A stretch of DNA of 64,000 bases from Bigelowiella natans CCMP2755 (Eukaryota; Protista; Cercozoa). Below are positions 15,228-30,470 of the stretch, piece after piece; position 1 is the stretch's first letter, and each line of letters starts with the position of its first letter. The position numbers were made by a program, and so were the translations under genes. Location: NCBI GenBank assembly GCA_000320545.1, contig ADNK01000985.1, positions 24,618 through 88,617 of the forward strand. Direction: 5' to 3'. Below the pieces are notes generated by a model. It was not told the origin of the DNA. It made no database searches and worked only from the letters and a program-made list of their open reading frames with translations.

Positions 15228-16180
15228 TTCTACGGTCAGAATGAACTTCATCCTCACTCAATCATCTTCCAAACACATTCCTCCCCCTCCTCAACGCTGA
15301 CTTGTCTCTCCAATTTTCTTCTTTTTAGGCTAACGCTATATCTGGTTTGCTGACGAAAAATGCAAACCGATTGAGGCAAATGGAGGAACCTTTACAGGAA
15401 GAGTATCAGAGACAACATAAAGGTATAATAATAATATTGATAGTGGGATTAAAATAAAACGATAATGAAGATTAGAGACCATCAACGTGTTATATATGCG
15501 TGACTACAACAAATAAATAGTAATGGACAGTAGGAGTACTACATACCAAATGATCATTCATGGTGATATTGATATGTTTTTTGTTTATAAATTTTCTAAA
15601 ATTAATATGAATAATAGCATTTATGGAGTCACTATCGGAGCCAAATATGCGCGACGAGGCCGACGTCATTTTCAAGTATCTTGAGAAGAAATCTGCCCCA
15701 GGTCGTAGAATATATATTGTGATACAGATGATACTCCTGTATTCTGCTGCATTGTGTCGTGTATTGTTGCATCGTATCTTTCATATTCCTCATCGTCATC
15801 ATATTAAATGAGGATAAAGTATTATCCAAGGTGTAGTAGTAGTAGTAGTAGTAGTTGTAGGTAGTTTCCGCCATACCATTTACTACATAAGAATAGAGTG
15901 TATAACAAGGGGTAAAATTATCGACGATTACGACGACGACGACGACTGTTTTTGTGGAGAATTCGTCTGTATTACATATAGTTTTGATGATCAAGTCTCA
16001 TCGAAATCGAAATCAGTAAATTTTTCATTCAATACGTGATGACAAGATAACTACTACAATTTGGGTCAACAGATTAGTCGCCTATTTGTCACTAATCTTC
16101 TGTTATTGTTTATCATAATTAGACACCCCAAAAGGAGCGGAACGGAAAACACACCTCAGGAGGGGGTAATGATGTGTTAT

Positions 16181-16220
<40 letters not shown>

Positions 16221-16453
16221 AGTAGATATTTATCCTAACCCTTACACTTTCCCAGCAATTACGGCTGTGTTTGTTTGCTATCTACCTTTGATTTATTCTT
16301 GTCCTCTAGTCATCATAAATTAATTGAGCTGCTACTGCTGTTTCATCATGTCAGATCTTCATATCTAAGCGGAAATCTGAGCAACTCTATTTTGCCCATT
16401 ACCATAGTACCAGAATCTAATGAGGAGGTATGTAACAGGAACAAACGAACAAC

Positions 16454-16488
<35 letters not shown>

Positions 16489-16938
16489 GGTTTATGGAGC
16501 TCTACTGTACATGATAACTCCAGCGTTTTTAATATTTGAGATAGAGAATATAGAAGAATATAGAGGAGAAGAAGAAGGATTGTGTTCGATGCTGCAAGTG
16601 TTTAGACGAAGAAGAAAAAGAAAATCAACTCAATACTGAAATTGGAAAATAAAAGCAACATTAAATCAATTTAAACTAGCGTCAAGATACATGAGTAGAA
16701 TAAATTCAAAAATTAAATAAACACAATAGATATCTTCTTTGACGGAGTGTATAAATAATCCATACTCCTTCTTCCTTCCTTTCTCAAGGTCGTATTTAGG
16801 GAAGGATTTTTGCACAAAAAGGAGACTTTCGGATCTTTCAAGCGATATTTCTTCGTGCTGCAACCGCCACACTTATACTACTACAAAACCAAGGAGGATG
16901 GTAATAATGGCATTCATTCACAAAATTGGTCGGACATG

Positions 16939-16975
<37 letters not shown>

Positions 16976-17177
16976 TATAATATTATATATATATATATAT
17001 ATATATTTAGGCAAAGCCATCGGTCACATAAATCTTATAGATGCAAGTGTAGAGCGTGTAACAAACAACTCCAGGCATCCGTTTGCTTTCAAAATTTCAG
17101 AGGATAAAATTACGTGGATTTTGTCTGCAAACAATGAAAAAGAGATGCAAGAGTGGATGGAAGCTTTAGAATCGTGA
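449..17177 (+). CDS. Kinesin-3 (KIF1/KIF13/Unc-104-like) motor protein, >40 exons; motor-FHA-SH3-coiled coil-PDZ-SH3b-like-ankyrin-DUF3694-like-PH
   Basis: Manual splicing at GT-AG sites gives [33 protein letters not shown]-loop [64 protein letters not shown] and the kinesin-3 neck [20 protein letters not shown] region: PHFVNLHE...[13 protein letters not shown]...TFING...[10 protein letters not shown] (3529-4120). SH3: TELNCNKDD...GWIPSNY (5459-5810). PDZ about 10400-10620. Ankyrin repeats 11256-11950. DUF3694-like [16 protein letters not shown] (13570-14885). C-terminal PH: EGFLHKK...[11 protein letters not shown] ending at 17177. Some internal exon borders are approximate. Confidence 0.88.
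6981..7072. repeat. 45-bp tandem duplication (2 copies) in a kinesin intron
   Basis: GCTACTTGTGAACTTATCTGAGCAGCTA(T/C)ATTTATCCCCACAGAA at 6981-7025 and 7026-7070, with one mismatch (T7009 vs C7054). Confidence 0.95.
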
Positions 17178-17839
17178 ATCAACTCATGTGATGACCGAAG
17201 TGTTCCACCTCATTTTTATCCTAATTTCATACTTTAATATATCATCTTTACTTCACGAAGCAGTCATGCTCAGTTTGCAGTATCTGTTGTTTGTGTGCGC
17301 GCGTGTGTGTGTGTGTGTGTGTCGTGTCATCCGTACACATGCTAGCGCATGCAACGGGCTGGTAACATACACATATCTAGATATAGCATAGATTATTATT
17401 GCACATTGTGTAACAGACAGCAAGCAGCTGATGCCTAAACGCTACGCACAGTGGCCACGATCACCGCCAAACTATCCAATACTAGCTAGCTACTAGCTAG
17501 CTAGCGAGCTCCATGAAACGCAAATCTACATGAAAGCTTTGCACACGTAGCGTCATTTATCACAATAGCTCCACCTACGTACTTGGGCTGAAGCATGTCA
17601 TATTGTTATGAAATCACAAGCGAGCATTATACATGCTATACATTCCAACTTGTTTTGTCAGTACGGCACACACGACATATGACTAGACAATTTGCATGCT
17701 ACCTAGCTAGCATGCGCAAAATAGATATTTTACTAGAAATCTTTACAACCTATTATACACAAGTGTTCAAGCTACATACTAGCACATCTAGATTCTTAGC
17801 ATCGACCATCTAGCCATCTAAGCCATATTTTAAATCATA

Positions 17840-19396
17840 TTACAAGCTCCTGGAAGTAGGAAATACATGACGGCTTTCATCCCCGCCATTAAGAGTCTCT
17901 TTACAGGACGAAAATAATGAAGGCTGCCCAAAGTTTGTGCTGCGGATTACAACCTTTTTCTCCTCCTGACGTATCAAGATGCACCAATCAACATGTTGAT
18001 GCTTGCACATTCACATTTCATGCTGTGAAATTTACCTTGCCCCTTATTTCCTTCTAAACAAGAAATTATTCTTACACACTTAAAAAGAAATTTTGTTGTT
18101 TGTGCTCATACATTATATTGGGGGTATGCTTTTCTGCGCTACTACGTATTGTATAGGAGACTACAATAAAGTATCGACCTGCAGGCGTCCAAGAATTATG
18201 TTAAGCTCAGAATTTTGAAGAAAGGATATGCGGTAGTGAATTTCCGTCACAGAGATCCCGGGGAAGCATAACACCTATAGATCAGTATTATTGTTCATAT
18301 AGCATAGGAACAGCTTATCCTTGCTAATTATCATTGGAGGGGTGCATATTTTACAATGAGAAGAGGGATTCGTAGCAACTCAATACCAAATTTGCGTTTT
18401 CCTTTTTTGCATAACGACATCAATTTATTACCAGAGATAAGATAGCATGCCGAGTTTTTGCCAGCACTTCTTCATTCATCTACGAAACATATATTTAACA
18501 CATACACACACATGCACAAATACACACACGATGTATAGAAATATATATCAAAACAATTCAATACAGTTGCAACAGAATGACAGTTTAGCTAACTTCCCAA
18601 CTTGCTCAGTAACATACAGACGAACATGCACTCAACTACACATAGTTTTACTTAGCATCCATACACATTCAAAGCATGAAATGAGACATTCCAAATTGAC
18701 AGAATGGCCAACATACCGCTATATGGCAATCACGGGTAAGAATGTTCCAAGAACGCACGGGAACCTTAACACTCTGCAGCAGTGAGAAAGTAAAAGAAAA
18801 GAACAGAACAGAAACGGAAAAGAAAGCAAGCAATAAAAACATGTCAACAATGAAATTCGTTACAATAGGGATATAGTGTTAGAGGAGAGGACAAAGTGTA
18901 AGAAGGACACAGTAAATCTGGTGCATGCAACGATGTATTTTAAAATTTCTGACACAAAGTCTTTTTGTCGTATGGATATCCATCCAAGACATCACTCCTT
19001 GCACCAAGTGAAGGAAGGTGATTTATATTTACGCTTTAAGGGAATAATCGTTTATCTTCAAATCGTTCTATTACTGAGCACATAGCACATAATAAGGTGG
19101 TGTGTTTGTTGTACAACCGAAGCTTGTAGTCTAAGGGTCCATATGTCACTATGTTTATAGGAGACAAAAGCGTCGTACGAAACTGATCATGAAGAGAAGA
19201 AGAAAAATAAGATGATGGCAAAGAATACAAAATGTGAGAAGAAGAGGAGGGGACAAGCAAGAGTGGAATAGAAGTGACTATACTTAATGATAGCAGTCGA
19301 TAGGTCATGCCATCTCATTTATGAATCACAACAACAAGAACAACAACAATAACAACATAAAGAAGATTATTTGTGTGGCTTGTATTTCCGGTGAGT

Positions 19397-19434
<38 letters not shown>

Positions 19435-19781
19435 CTCCAAGTGTAAACTTCTTCCAGCACCACCGCGGCTCTCTCTCATTAACAACCAAAAAAATTAAAC
19501 AACCTGCAAATATGCGCCGACGTCTCTCCAATTCCTCGAGAATTAAGCGAAGAATCTCTTTGCTCTTTCTTCTTCTCTGCATCGTCGTATGTGCTGCTTC
19601 GATCATAATAGCACTGCTGTGTATATTATCACCTTCTGATGGCTGTTTGGTTTCTGCTGCTGATCTTTTATATCTACCATCATCATTAGCACCATACTCC
19701 TGTTTCTCCTCCTCCTCCTCCTCGATTTTATAGTCGTTTTTGATGGTGATATTCTTCTTGTTCTTGCTCTCGTTGATTTCC

Positions 19782-19814
<33 letters not shown>

Positions 19815-22169
19815 TTTTCCTTCCTCAGCAACAGCAATCGATGCACCATTTCTAAGAGTTGACCGAAGCGTGCTCCGCTCTCTCCCTGTTGTTTGAGAAG
19901 AAAAATGATAATAAAACCGTGAGGTACTGTTCATAAGACAGTGGTGCGTATGTATTTGAGAAGTTGTAGCATCCCACACTGTTTGTTATTTCTAATCACT
20001 TTCTCCCTCAATTTGAGCTCCTCTTCGCCTCCACCTCTCCCCCCTCCTCAGGTATACATACACTATTTGTTTCTGGGCTACTATTTAAGATTGAAGTATT
20101 GATTCTCGTCTTGTTGTCATCCATCATCATCATCATCGTCGTCGTTGTCTTTCACTCACCGCAGCTTCGATGACACATTCTACTTTTGCAACGAGAAGAT
20201 CGTGATGTTGTTTGTAGTTGGAGGGAGGTGAGGAGGGCGACGAGGAAGAGAGAGCCAACAAATCGGATGAAGAAGATGATAATAATGATGATGATGATGA
20301 TGATGATGATTGTGACAAATGCTGCAACGATGATAACAAAGACGAGGAAGCTGCAATCTGGACTGAGGCCTCAAGAGCAGCCGATCTTGCCTTTGGTAAG
20401 ATACGCAAGTGGTGAAACGTGCAGAATTGACATTCATTCCACACGAACATATCCTTCTCATCATCATCATCGTCATCATCATCATCATCATCATCACTTG
20501 AAGAACAAACAACCAAGAAACTAGCCAACCTACCGCTTGATCTTCATTGGAAAGCTTCTTTAACCCACCAGAATACTCTAAAGCTGGAATCACGTCGAAT
20601 CTTCCCTCAGCTGCCATACCAAAAAATCCTGCCAACTCGCCCTGTTGTGGATGGTGATAGAGAGATAGATTATATTTTATCGATGATACTTTTTGTCAAG
20701 AATCATCATATGATGACTGCTGTTCTTGCTGTTGGTAATGATGATCGCAGTGGCTAAGTAAAGCTACAATATACAATGAAGAAGGAGAAATATATGAACG
20801 CGATAGCACTAATATGAGTGTAGTAGCAGCAGGATGAGCAAGGCTAGAAAAGGAGAAACCAACCACATCATTATTATTTAATTTCAGTATAAATATCATT
20901 GCGCTCAATTATCTTGCTAGTAGTACTATCACCTTCTGGCTAGTTGAAAGAGGAAGTATGATGTTGCTAAGCTCATCCTCATCCTCCTCCTCCTCCTCCT
21001 CCTCCTCCTCCTCTGCGTTGTCATCATCATTATCGTCGTCATCCTCCTCCTCCTCCTCCTCCTCTTCTCCTTCTTCTTTCATAATTTCTGTCCTTGTTCT
21101 CTCCCACAACTTGCTTTTCTTGGTTTGCGCGCCTTTATCAGTTGTGATGGGCTCTTTCCTAGTTCGCACGCACATAACAACACAGCGTAGCACACAACCG
21201 AGGAGTAGCAATTTCAGAACACAACAACGAAGAAGAAGAAGAAGAATGGTGGTGGTGATGTTGTTGTTTTTGTTGTGACCTCTTTCTGCGCTGGCATGTG
21301 GTGAGCTGCTGCTTGGAATCTTGATGATGATGAATCAGGTTGCTGACCTGGTTTGATCACATCGTACACATCGTTAGTGTCAGCACTCACATCAGTGAAG
21401 AATGTGATCATAGTAAATATAGCGGATTGATGAGAACAATAAAGAGGAGGAGGAGGAGGAAGAAGAAGAAGAAGACTAGGAAATAACAGGAAATCGTAAT
21501 GTCTGATCGATCGAGCAGAGTAATAAGATAAGTTCCAGAAGTATGCTATTACTACTACCTTGCTGCGGTACTTTGATGCCTCTTCAAATAGCGAGTGTGG
21601 GTATGTGCTACAGCGTATACTCTCCTGGATGCCTTTGTGGATCTTTTCACGGAATATGTATAGAGTGTGTGTATATATATATTTCTATATAATGTATGAG
21701 TGATTGATGATGATGATGATGATGATGATGATGTGATGACGACGATGATGACGAGAAAGTACCGAATAACTATTTTGATGTTATCCCCTCAACTACTACG
21801 ATAATACCTTAAATGATCGTCCATCTTCAGATTGGGTTGCTCGAGTTTTGCTAATGTACCTTCTCCGCTGCAGCAAGAGGAAGAAAGAAAGAGAAAGCAA
21901 GCAATATGGATATTCCAAAATCACAAACGATCGCATATATCGTAGTACCATAGAAACACACACCACCTACACGCATATGAGAGAAAGGTCATCACGATTG
22001 TCATCATCGACATCATTTTAATGTTTATCTAACCCTATCATTATTTATTATTATTATTTATTACTATTATTATTATTATTCTCACGTGCAATTGTGCCAA
22101 GGCAGCTGTCATTTCTTCTGATGTAAATTGCTCCAGAATTAGACTCGCTGCAGGCTTGTGATACCTGTG

Positions 22170-22204
<35 letters not shown>

Positions 22205-23543
22205 TACCATCATCATCGTAATAATAAGAGGGAGCCTGACATTTGTCATCATTCTCTCGTCATCATAGAATCGATTAATCAATCAATCAATCAATCAATT
22301 AATCTATCTATATGCATGGATATAACTAGCGCTGTACGCTAGAGAACGTTGATGCATCAAGAGAATGCGGGTGTCGTGATTTCTAAATAGTATTGGTATA
22401 GCAGCGTTTTGTCGTTATTGAGCGCTCCTTTCCCCGCTCATCACAGTCATCATTATCGTCACCATTACTATCCACACTACTCACGTCTCCTCACCTTGTG
22501 GCATCTTGGAAAACAACAACTTTTAGCATGTTTGCTGCTGCCTCGATTCTGCTCGCATGTGCTCTTTGACGAGACGCCTCTGCAACCTCAGCTAAGGCTG
22601 CTCTTACAATCTCGTCTTCTTTCACCGCCAAATCCTTCTCTTCCTCCCCCCCCGCCTCTGCCCCTCCTTGTTTCTCTCTCTGCTGTCCGCATTTTGTCAC
22701 CACGTCTTTCATCCCCCCCTTTTCCTTAGAAGCGGAAGTCTTAGAAGCAGAAGTTTTAGGGGGGGGCGGTATACTGGAGGGAGGCGGGTGAGGGATTATA
22801 TGGTGGCCTGAAAACAGATGAAAAACAATGTATTTACATGATTATTATGGAGAAACAAGGAGGAGAAGAAAGAAAGGAAATGAAGAAGCGAATGATGATA
22901 AAATGGAGTGTGAATATGTTTATGCGGTCAATCACAAGACACTTTCTCGGATTATTAACATGCTTAATCTTCTTATTTACATTAATGTCTATTGCCGCGA
23001 TGTTAACTAGTAGGTTTATTTGCATCATACCATGGCCGATTACAGCTTGGTGGTGGGAGAGGACATTGAGAGTATTACGAAGTGCCTTTCTATTATTCGT
23101 TGCACGTGCTATGCGTGTGACCCTGTGTGCGGTCTCCTTCTCTTCTAGCTCTAAAGCGGCCGAAATGAAGGATACTGCTGATTTGTTTGTGACTCCACTG
23201 TACCCGGCTTTTAACCACAAATTATACCTAGTCATGATGATCAGAGAGACAACAGAGAGATAGACGATGATGATGATGATGATGATTGATGATGATAGTC
23301 ATGGTGACAAAAATGCTGTTTGTCTCAGTCGTAGCAACTGCATGTTCTCGCCAACAAGCAGCGCCTATTCGATTCTCTCCTGTCTCCCGACGTGCAAACA
23401 AACACACACACACGCAAACACACTTACACGCATACAGGCAATGCTTTGTGATCGTAGGAAGTGGCAAAAATGAGATCAATATCATATAAAGTAGATTAAA
23501 CAGAGAAAGACAGTACATGCGGGTAAACACGTCGTCCAAAGCA

Positions 23544-23576
<33 letters not shown>

Positions 23577-25790
23577 ACATTGCAAGCAGTTGAGCGTTTT
23601 GGTGTCTTTTCCACTTCCTGTCGTCAAATGGCCTTCGTCGTTGCGCAACGCGACCTGCCTTATTAAACCGCACGGAGGATGATGGAGAAGACACCACAGA
23701 CTTGCTGTTCGCGCCCATGCCCCCTCTCCTCTTGCTCCCCCTCCTCCTCCTCTCAGCAGAATCGTCAACCCCATTGTTGATTGTTGGTTTGGAGGGGTTG
23801 CTTCTCCCTGTTCTCCTTTTCTTCCTATGGCTGCTGCTTCTTCCAGGGGAGGTGAATATGAATTCCACCGAGCTACTACTTGTATTCCGACGATATATAT
23901 TCCTCTCTCCTCCTCCTTTATCGGTGTTGTTGGTAAAATCGCCATCATCGTTGCTATTGCTATGAGCATCTTCTGTCCGCCCTTTCCTCTTGCCCCTCCC
24001 CTTCCTCGATGAGCGACGACGAAATTTGTGAAGAAGGTGGGTGAAGTTGCGGTTAAGGAAGCCTGTTTCCATGTCAAACTTTGCCACAAACGGAAGGAGT
24101 TTCATAGCGAAATCAACTGCGACAACCTAATTAAGAAGGAATAGTGAGCCGCCGCAGCTGCAGCACACTACTAATTGTACTTATGGAAGAACACTGAGCC
24201 TCTTCTTCTTCTTCTTCTTCTTCTTCTTCTTCTCTTCTTCTTTTCACTACTAAATATGGTTGCTTGGTGTATGTAGTAGTTATATGTATATATATATATA
24301 TATATGTAATCCAACAACGCACAGTGGCTGAGAGCCCATTGTCGCGTGCGCACCGAACGACGTCCTGTACCTGATACAATAAGAGATCATCAATTTTGAT
24401 GAGGAGATAGTAGGAGTAGATTCTCTAGATTCTGTGATAGATTCTGTAATAGTATTTGTAGGCATAGTAGCAGTAGTAGCAGTAGTTGTAGTAGTAGTAG
24501 TAGTTGTAGTAGTAGCACCGAGACGTGTATGTCAGGATTCATTTTTGCTAGTGCCTCCTTTGATTTCTTCGTTCGATAGTTCCTGGACCGGTACACCCAA
24601 TTGGCGTTCCTGTAAAGCACCAATGGTGATAAGGATCTCGTTATCATTTGTTATTGTGATGGGACTCGAATTAACGATTTGAGGAGGAGGAAGTGGTGGT
24701 GAGCGATGATGATGATGGTGGGAGAACCAGAAAAGAGAAACAGCTCAACTAAAAACAAAGAAATCATTTTTCTACACGATGCAGAAGCATCCTTACAGTT
24801 GTTTCCCCCCTCGTTTCCATCTCTCACAACTATCAGTACTACTAGTAGTTGAAGGTAGTTGCGGTAGTAGTAGTTGTAGGAGTACCGGTAAAGATCCGGA
24901 AACTTTGTTACAGAAGGAAAGTCCTCTTCTTCTTGGCTTCCTTCCCTCCCCCCTCCTTCTTTGGCATTATTATTCTGCTGCTGCTGCTGGTGGTGGTGCT
25001 GCATTGTGTGCATTCTAAGCGTTGCCCAATAGAAGTCGAGTGCCTTGAGGTCGGAGATGGGTATTATTCTATCAGATGATCCAATTTTAGCTGAGTCGTG
25101 TATCTGAATGCAGTGCTGCATAGCAAGGGTGCTACTACTACTACTAGTAGTAGGTCCACCGCATGTACTACTGATGCTGCTATTGGGTGCTACATCCTCT
25201 GATCGAGCGGAAGGAGGAGGAGGAGGAGGAGGAGGAGGAGGAGGAGGAGGGAATAGATTTGCTTGCCGCTGTGGGTTCCTAATCATCTTCGACCCATCTC
25301 CGCCATCTTCACTACCTGCTGTACTTGTGCTAGCAGTGGTGATTGCAGCTGTCAATAAGGTTGATGACGAGGAGGAGGAAGAGGTGGTAGTAGTGGGATA
25401 TGATGGTGATGATAGTGACGGTGATTGTAATGATGGTAACGATGGAAAAAGAAGAGGGGAGACTGGTACATCAGGAACGATGGCGGGAGACAGTGGCGGC
25501 ATTGAGGGAGAGGAGGAAGAGGAAAGGGGGGGGGGGAGTGCTGGATTAGCAAACCCATCATTCCCAAATGAATGAGATGTTCGTGTTGCTTTGACTTCTC
25601 CTGGTGTAGTGGCCTTTACTGCTGCATCTGCTGCAGATGGAATAGTAGTAGCAGCAGCGGCATCTGATAGAAGTCCAAGGTTTCGCAGCAATGCGTACGC
25701 CTCGAAAAAACCCTAGTCACAGTAGTAGTAGCACCACGGTGGTTGGGGGGACAACACGAGATACCATAAGCAATGAGGAGAAGGACAAAC

Positions 25791-25825
<35 letters not shown>

Positions 25826-26264
25826 TATCCATCCCAATCATCATCATGTGCAATATTGTTACTAACTCAAGCTACTTACTACTTCTAAGTAGTAGTAAGG
25901 ATAAAAGGAACACCAACAATGCCAACAACATGCACACATACAATGGTATAATACCATATACCTTAAATCCCCGTTGGTAGAAGTGATCTCTGAGATCTGG
26001 TGGGAGATCTCGAAGCCTTTTATCATGTAGTGCTTCATCCGTGACGACGGCACGTGCCAAACCACTCGTAGCAGCAGTAGGCGCTCCACAAATCTTAAAA
26101 GAAGAAGATGAAGATGATGAAGAAGAAGAAGAAGAAGAAGAAGAAGAAGAAGAAGAAGAGAAGGCGGAGAAAGAGGAGGAAGTGTTGTCAACAAATCTGA
26201 ATATTCCTTACGTTCTTTCTCGTGGTCAGAGTCGCCTTCGATGGTCAAAATTTGTGTTCTCTCT

Positions 26265-26343
<79 letters not shown>

Positions 26344-26580
26344 CCTCCCTCCCCTCATACCTGCAAGTATAGAGACACACTGATTGAATCGATGGCCTCC
26401 TTCGTCGATAGGTTCCGACCCTTCATCGACGTTTCTACGATGATTTCAAACACACGCACACACACATACACACACACACACGCAAGAGTCATAATACACG
26501 TAAGACGTGTTCTGAAAGGTGGAGGGAAAAGTGAAACGATAGAGGTAATAATGGTGCTTACAATGGCTACTGCAACAACA

Positions 26581-26612
<32 letters not shown>

Positions 26613-27146
26613 CCCTGAAGAGATGCTTGTGGAGAAGATAAGCACGCAAGTTTCGTGCTTTGACATATCCTAGTAGCTGTCTGTAAAGCATATCCGCTGC
26701 AACTTGCTTCAAATCGATACTCGAGGGCGCACCAGCCCCAGTCCTGTCGCGCCCCTGTACTGAATAAGCGCCGATCTAACAACACAAATAGAGAACAGCG
26801 TAATAGTAGTGGGTCATCAATACATCAATATCACTACAATGCTAGTAAGTCTCTTCTGCTGCTCTCACACTGGCACTACTTGCCCCCCACCGTTACCTTT
26901 CTTGTCGCCGATTCCATATGAAAGCAGGTTTGCTGCACTTCAGGGTCGGTATGGTCAATTGAAGGGTGGAGAAGAGTGACGAATCGTTGGACCGACACGG
27001 TTCCAGAGGTATGAGATTGCCTCTGTAGCTCGTATACCCTAATCAATATTATTACGACATGTTGCTTTAATATACTACTATGTGTATGTTCTCGGTACAA
27101 CAAGACGGCCAATAGCTACTACAACTATGCTATGGATGATGAGTAT

Positions 27147-27187
<41 letters not shown>

Positions 27188-27209
27188 ACGGATGTACATA
27201 AATATGTAG

Positions 27210-27247
<38 letters not shown>

Positions 27248-27938
27248 GAGAGAGAGAGAGAGAAGAGACTTGAGCAATCCATCCTTCTCCATATCCGCAA
27301 ACAATCGCACGGATGTCCTAAGGAAAGCATGATCAGAATGATAATAATAATAACAATAATAACAATAATAATGATGATGATAGTGATGGTGACGAAGGGA
27401 GTTATTATCGATGGGATAAGCGAGAAGATGATGGGAGAGATTAGTGGTGGTGGTGGTGGTAGTAGTAGTTGTAGTAGTAGTAGTAGTGATATTTAGATAC
27501 AATATTAGTAATGATGTCCTTCATCTATGCTTTCATCATCATCATCATCTTCTTCTTCTTCTCTTCTTATACCTGCTATCTAAGATTCCAAAGCCTCCCT
27601 CCTTTGCTCGAATTCGCTTCCTGAGGTCTTTCGCGCTGACGATTTTTTCCGTATTAACAGCATCTAACGCCATCTTGCGGCGGTTCTTATAGAGGCCAGT
27701 CTCCTGATGCAGCCGGCCGGGGGAGGGGGACCGACCTCGGCCTCCTCGTCGTTGTCGTTGTCGTTTCCTACTACTGCTGGGATTATGATAATAATGAAGG
27801 AGGTGGTGGTGAGATGGTGATATGTTTCAACAATTAGTTTTGCATCATCAAGCATGATGAAGACAGGACTATACTTTAACTACTAGTAGTAGTATAGTAC
27901 TACTAATGCTGCTTCTTCTATTCTAGTGTGTGTTTCAC

Positions 27939-27973
<35 letters not shown>

Positions 27974-29679
27974 CCTGAATGATCTCATGATGACACTATG
28001 ATTATACTTGAGGACATTGCAAGGAAGACATATTACCGTGACTGAGCACCGTCATCGTCATTGCTATCATTGGACTTTACATCATTGAGGGCTGTCTCGT
28101 TCATCACGGAAATACTCTGCTTCTTCCCCTCTATAGCTTCATTCTTGTACTCGTTGCCCATCTCTGCTCTATTATCCCCCCTCTCTTTGCCCTTATATAC
28201 GCCGCCATAGCCATTATTATCAGTATTCAAACTGTCATCGAGAGCGTTCTCCTTCTTGCTTCCACCCTCGCTATTATCAGCAGAGGAGGGGTGTATAGAA
28301 CACAGCGGAGGCGGTTGAGGCAGCGGTATATCCCATTTGTCTTCTTCGATGCACCTCTCGTCTCTTCTCCCCCTCCTCCTAGATACCGAATAATACGATG
28401 ACATGATGGTTGCGTAGCTGGTACGAGGGACCGTTTGGCCGTTTTGAAGTAGATTGAGATGTCGTGCACTATAGTATCGACGCTGCGAATATGAGATAAT
28501 CATGGAAGAGGGGGGGGGGGGAGTGATGTTAGGTAAACTTATTTGTTTTGTTTTGTTGAATTTGATTTATAGATGATGATAGTAATGATGATTGATGATG
28601 ATGATGACGGTTGCTCGTTTGGTATGTAGCTGGTATACCTGCACGACTTTACCACGTCGCTCTGTGTTGGATTGGATCAGTCCCGTTTCCAATAAACTCG
28701 CCACAATACGGGACACAACCTTATATCTTCAATACGTACATGTTTATTGCGATGTATCAGTTAGAATGACTTGTGAGTGGTAAATACAACTATGTTGATT
28801 ATCATCATCATCAGAAAGCTAACAATAACAATAATAATTATAATAACAATACCCGTATTGGAGGATCTGGCAGAGAGCTGTAGTCGTAGTACCAATGGTT
28901 CCCGCGCAGCAAACTTGACTGTATACTTGTTGCAACTGCGGCAGCTCGAATACAAGGCCTAACTCCTCCTTCTCCCCCCCCCCCAATATGTCATTCTCCG
29001 CCTTTACCATGTCCAATGATGCTGTTGATTCTTGCCTTGGACCACCATCTTTCTGTGCTGTAGCAACTGTCGGAACGACTTCGAAGACTGTTTTGGCGGT
29101 GAAGGACGAAGAGGAAAATCGACTCAACTTATTTTCCCCTTTTCCTCCTCCTCCTCCCCCCCCCCCCCTCTGAACCCTGATCCGTTTGCTTCGCAGCATT
29201 CCCGTTGCTAGTGCACGGTCGCGGAAGTCTTCATAGCGCCCCCCAATGCACGTAGACTTGTGTGCGTACAGCTTTTTGAAAGCGCTTTTTGCTTTGGGCT
29301 CGGGGATCATCATCGTTGTCGTTGCCATAGTCGATGATCTCGCCATGGTGGCTGTCTCTTCCTTCTCTTCCTTCTCCTTCTTTACTGTACTCGCCTTTTC
29401 TTCATGTCCATGGGCTTTATTCTTATTCTTGCCATTAGTTTTCGGGCTCTTCTTGCCACCGTAAGAGCAGCAGTGATTAATGATTGCTGGGATTACTTCC
29501 TGGTCAAAAAGTTTCAACCGTTCTTTCTCGGCCTGCTCCTCCTGCTGCCGGACTTGCATGTTAACCACCCACCCTAGCGGCGCATACTTCGCCAAAAACA
29601 CTTTGTTTGTGCGCCGGTTCTTGTCGCTAAGGAGAGGAGGGAAATGCGAAGAATTTATATAACACATCAACAAACACTT

Positions 29680-29719
<40 letters not shown>

Positions 29720-30382
29720 GATACATACATATATGTGTGTATATTATGATGTAATTGTGCGTATCAATATGATTCATGGGATGTGCATCTCCCCCCCACC
29801 TCTCTCTCTCAGAAAGGGGGGGAAGGGGGGGAACTAGTAATTGCTTACTGTTGGTAGGAATCCTCGATATAGACAATGTTGATCCTTTTCAGTGTTTTGA
29901 GATCTTGGAAAATGTCCTTAGCCTTTACTCCGAGCTCTGTCGCCAACTCAGTCTGATATACGCCTTCTCCTTGTGCGCGTCCGAGGACCTCTATGATGCA
30001 ATATCTAGTAGGGAGGGGGAGGGATTGTAGTAGATGGTGCTATCTGAGATGAAAATTATCTTCACAATTATCATACTCTTCTGTTAGTAGTACCTGAGAG
30101 GGGACATAACGTTAAGGGTAAAAGTCTCTTGCGCCAACCCCAGCAATTCCAGTCGCATATCTAACGACGCCACAACCACTATCTTCCTTGCAATTGCCTC
30201 TTTTATTGACGATCTCGTCACCTCTGGCACATTCTTTACTGCTGCTGCATTAAGTGGACGAAAAGCATCCTTGTTCCTATTCCCCTGGGGGATTAGACCT
30301 TCCGCAGTGCATTTAAAGGCTCGACCAGATTTGTCTTATTAATTAGGTTGCATGATAATTAATGACGTCCGCGCTCACTCAC

Positions 30383-30470
<88 letters not shown>

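Noticed and set aside
8590-17177. Separate PDZ/ankyrin and PH genes downstream of the kinesin
   Set aside because: The exon junctions I checked are phase-compatible and kinesin-3 tail elements (DUF3694-like, PH) follow, so a single gene is preferred.
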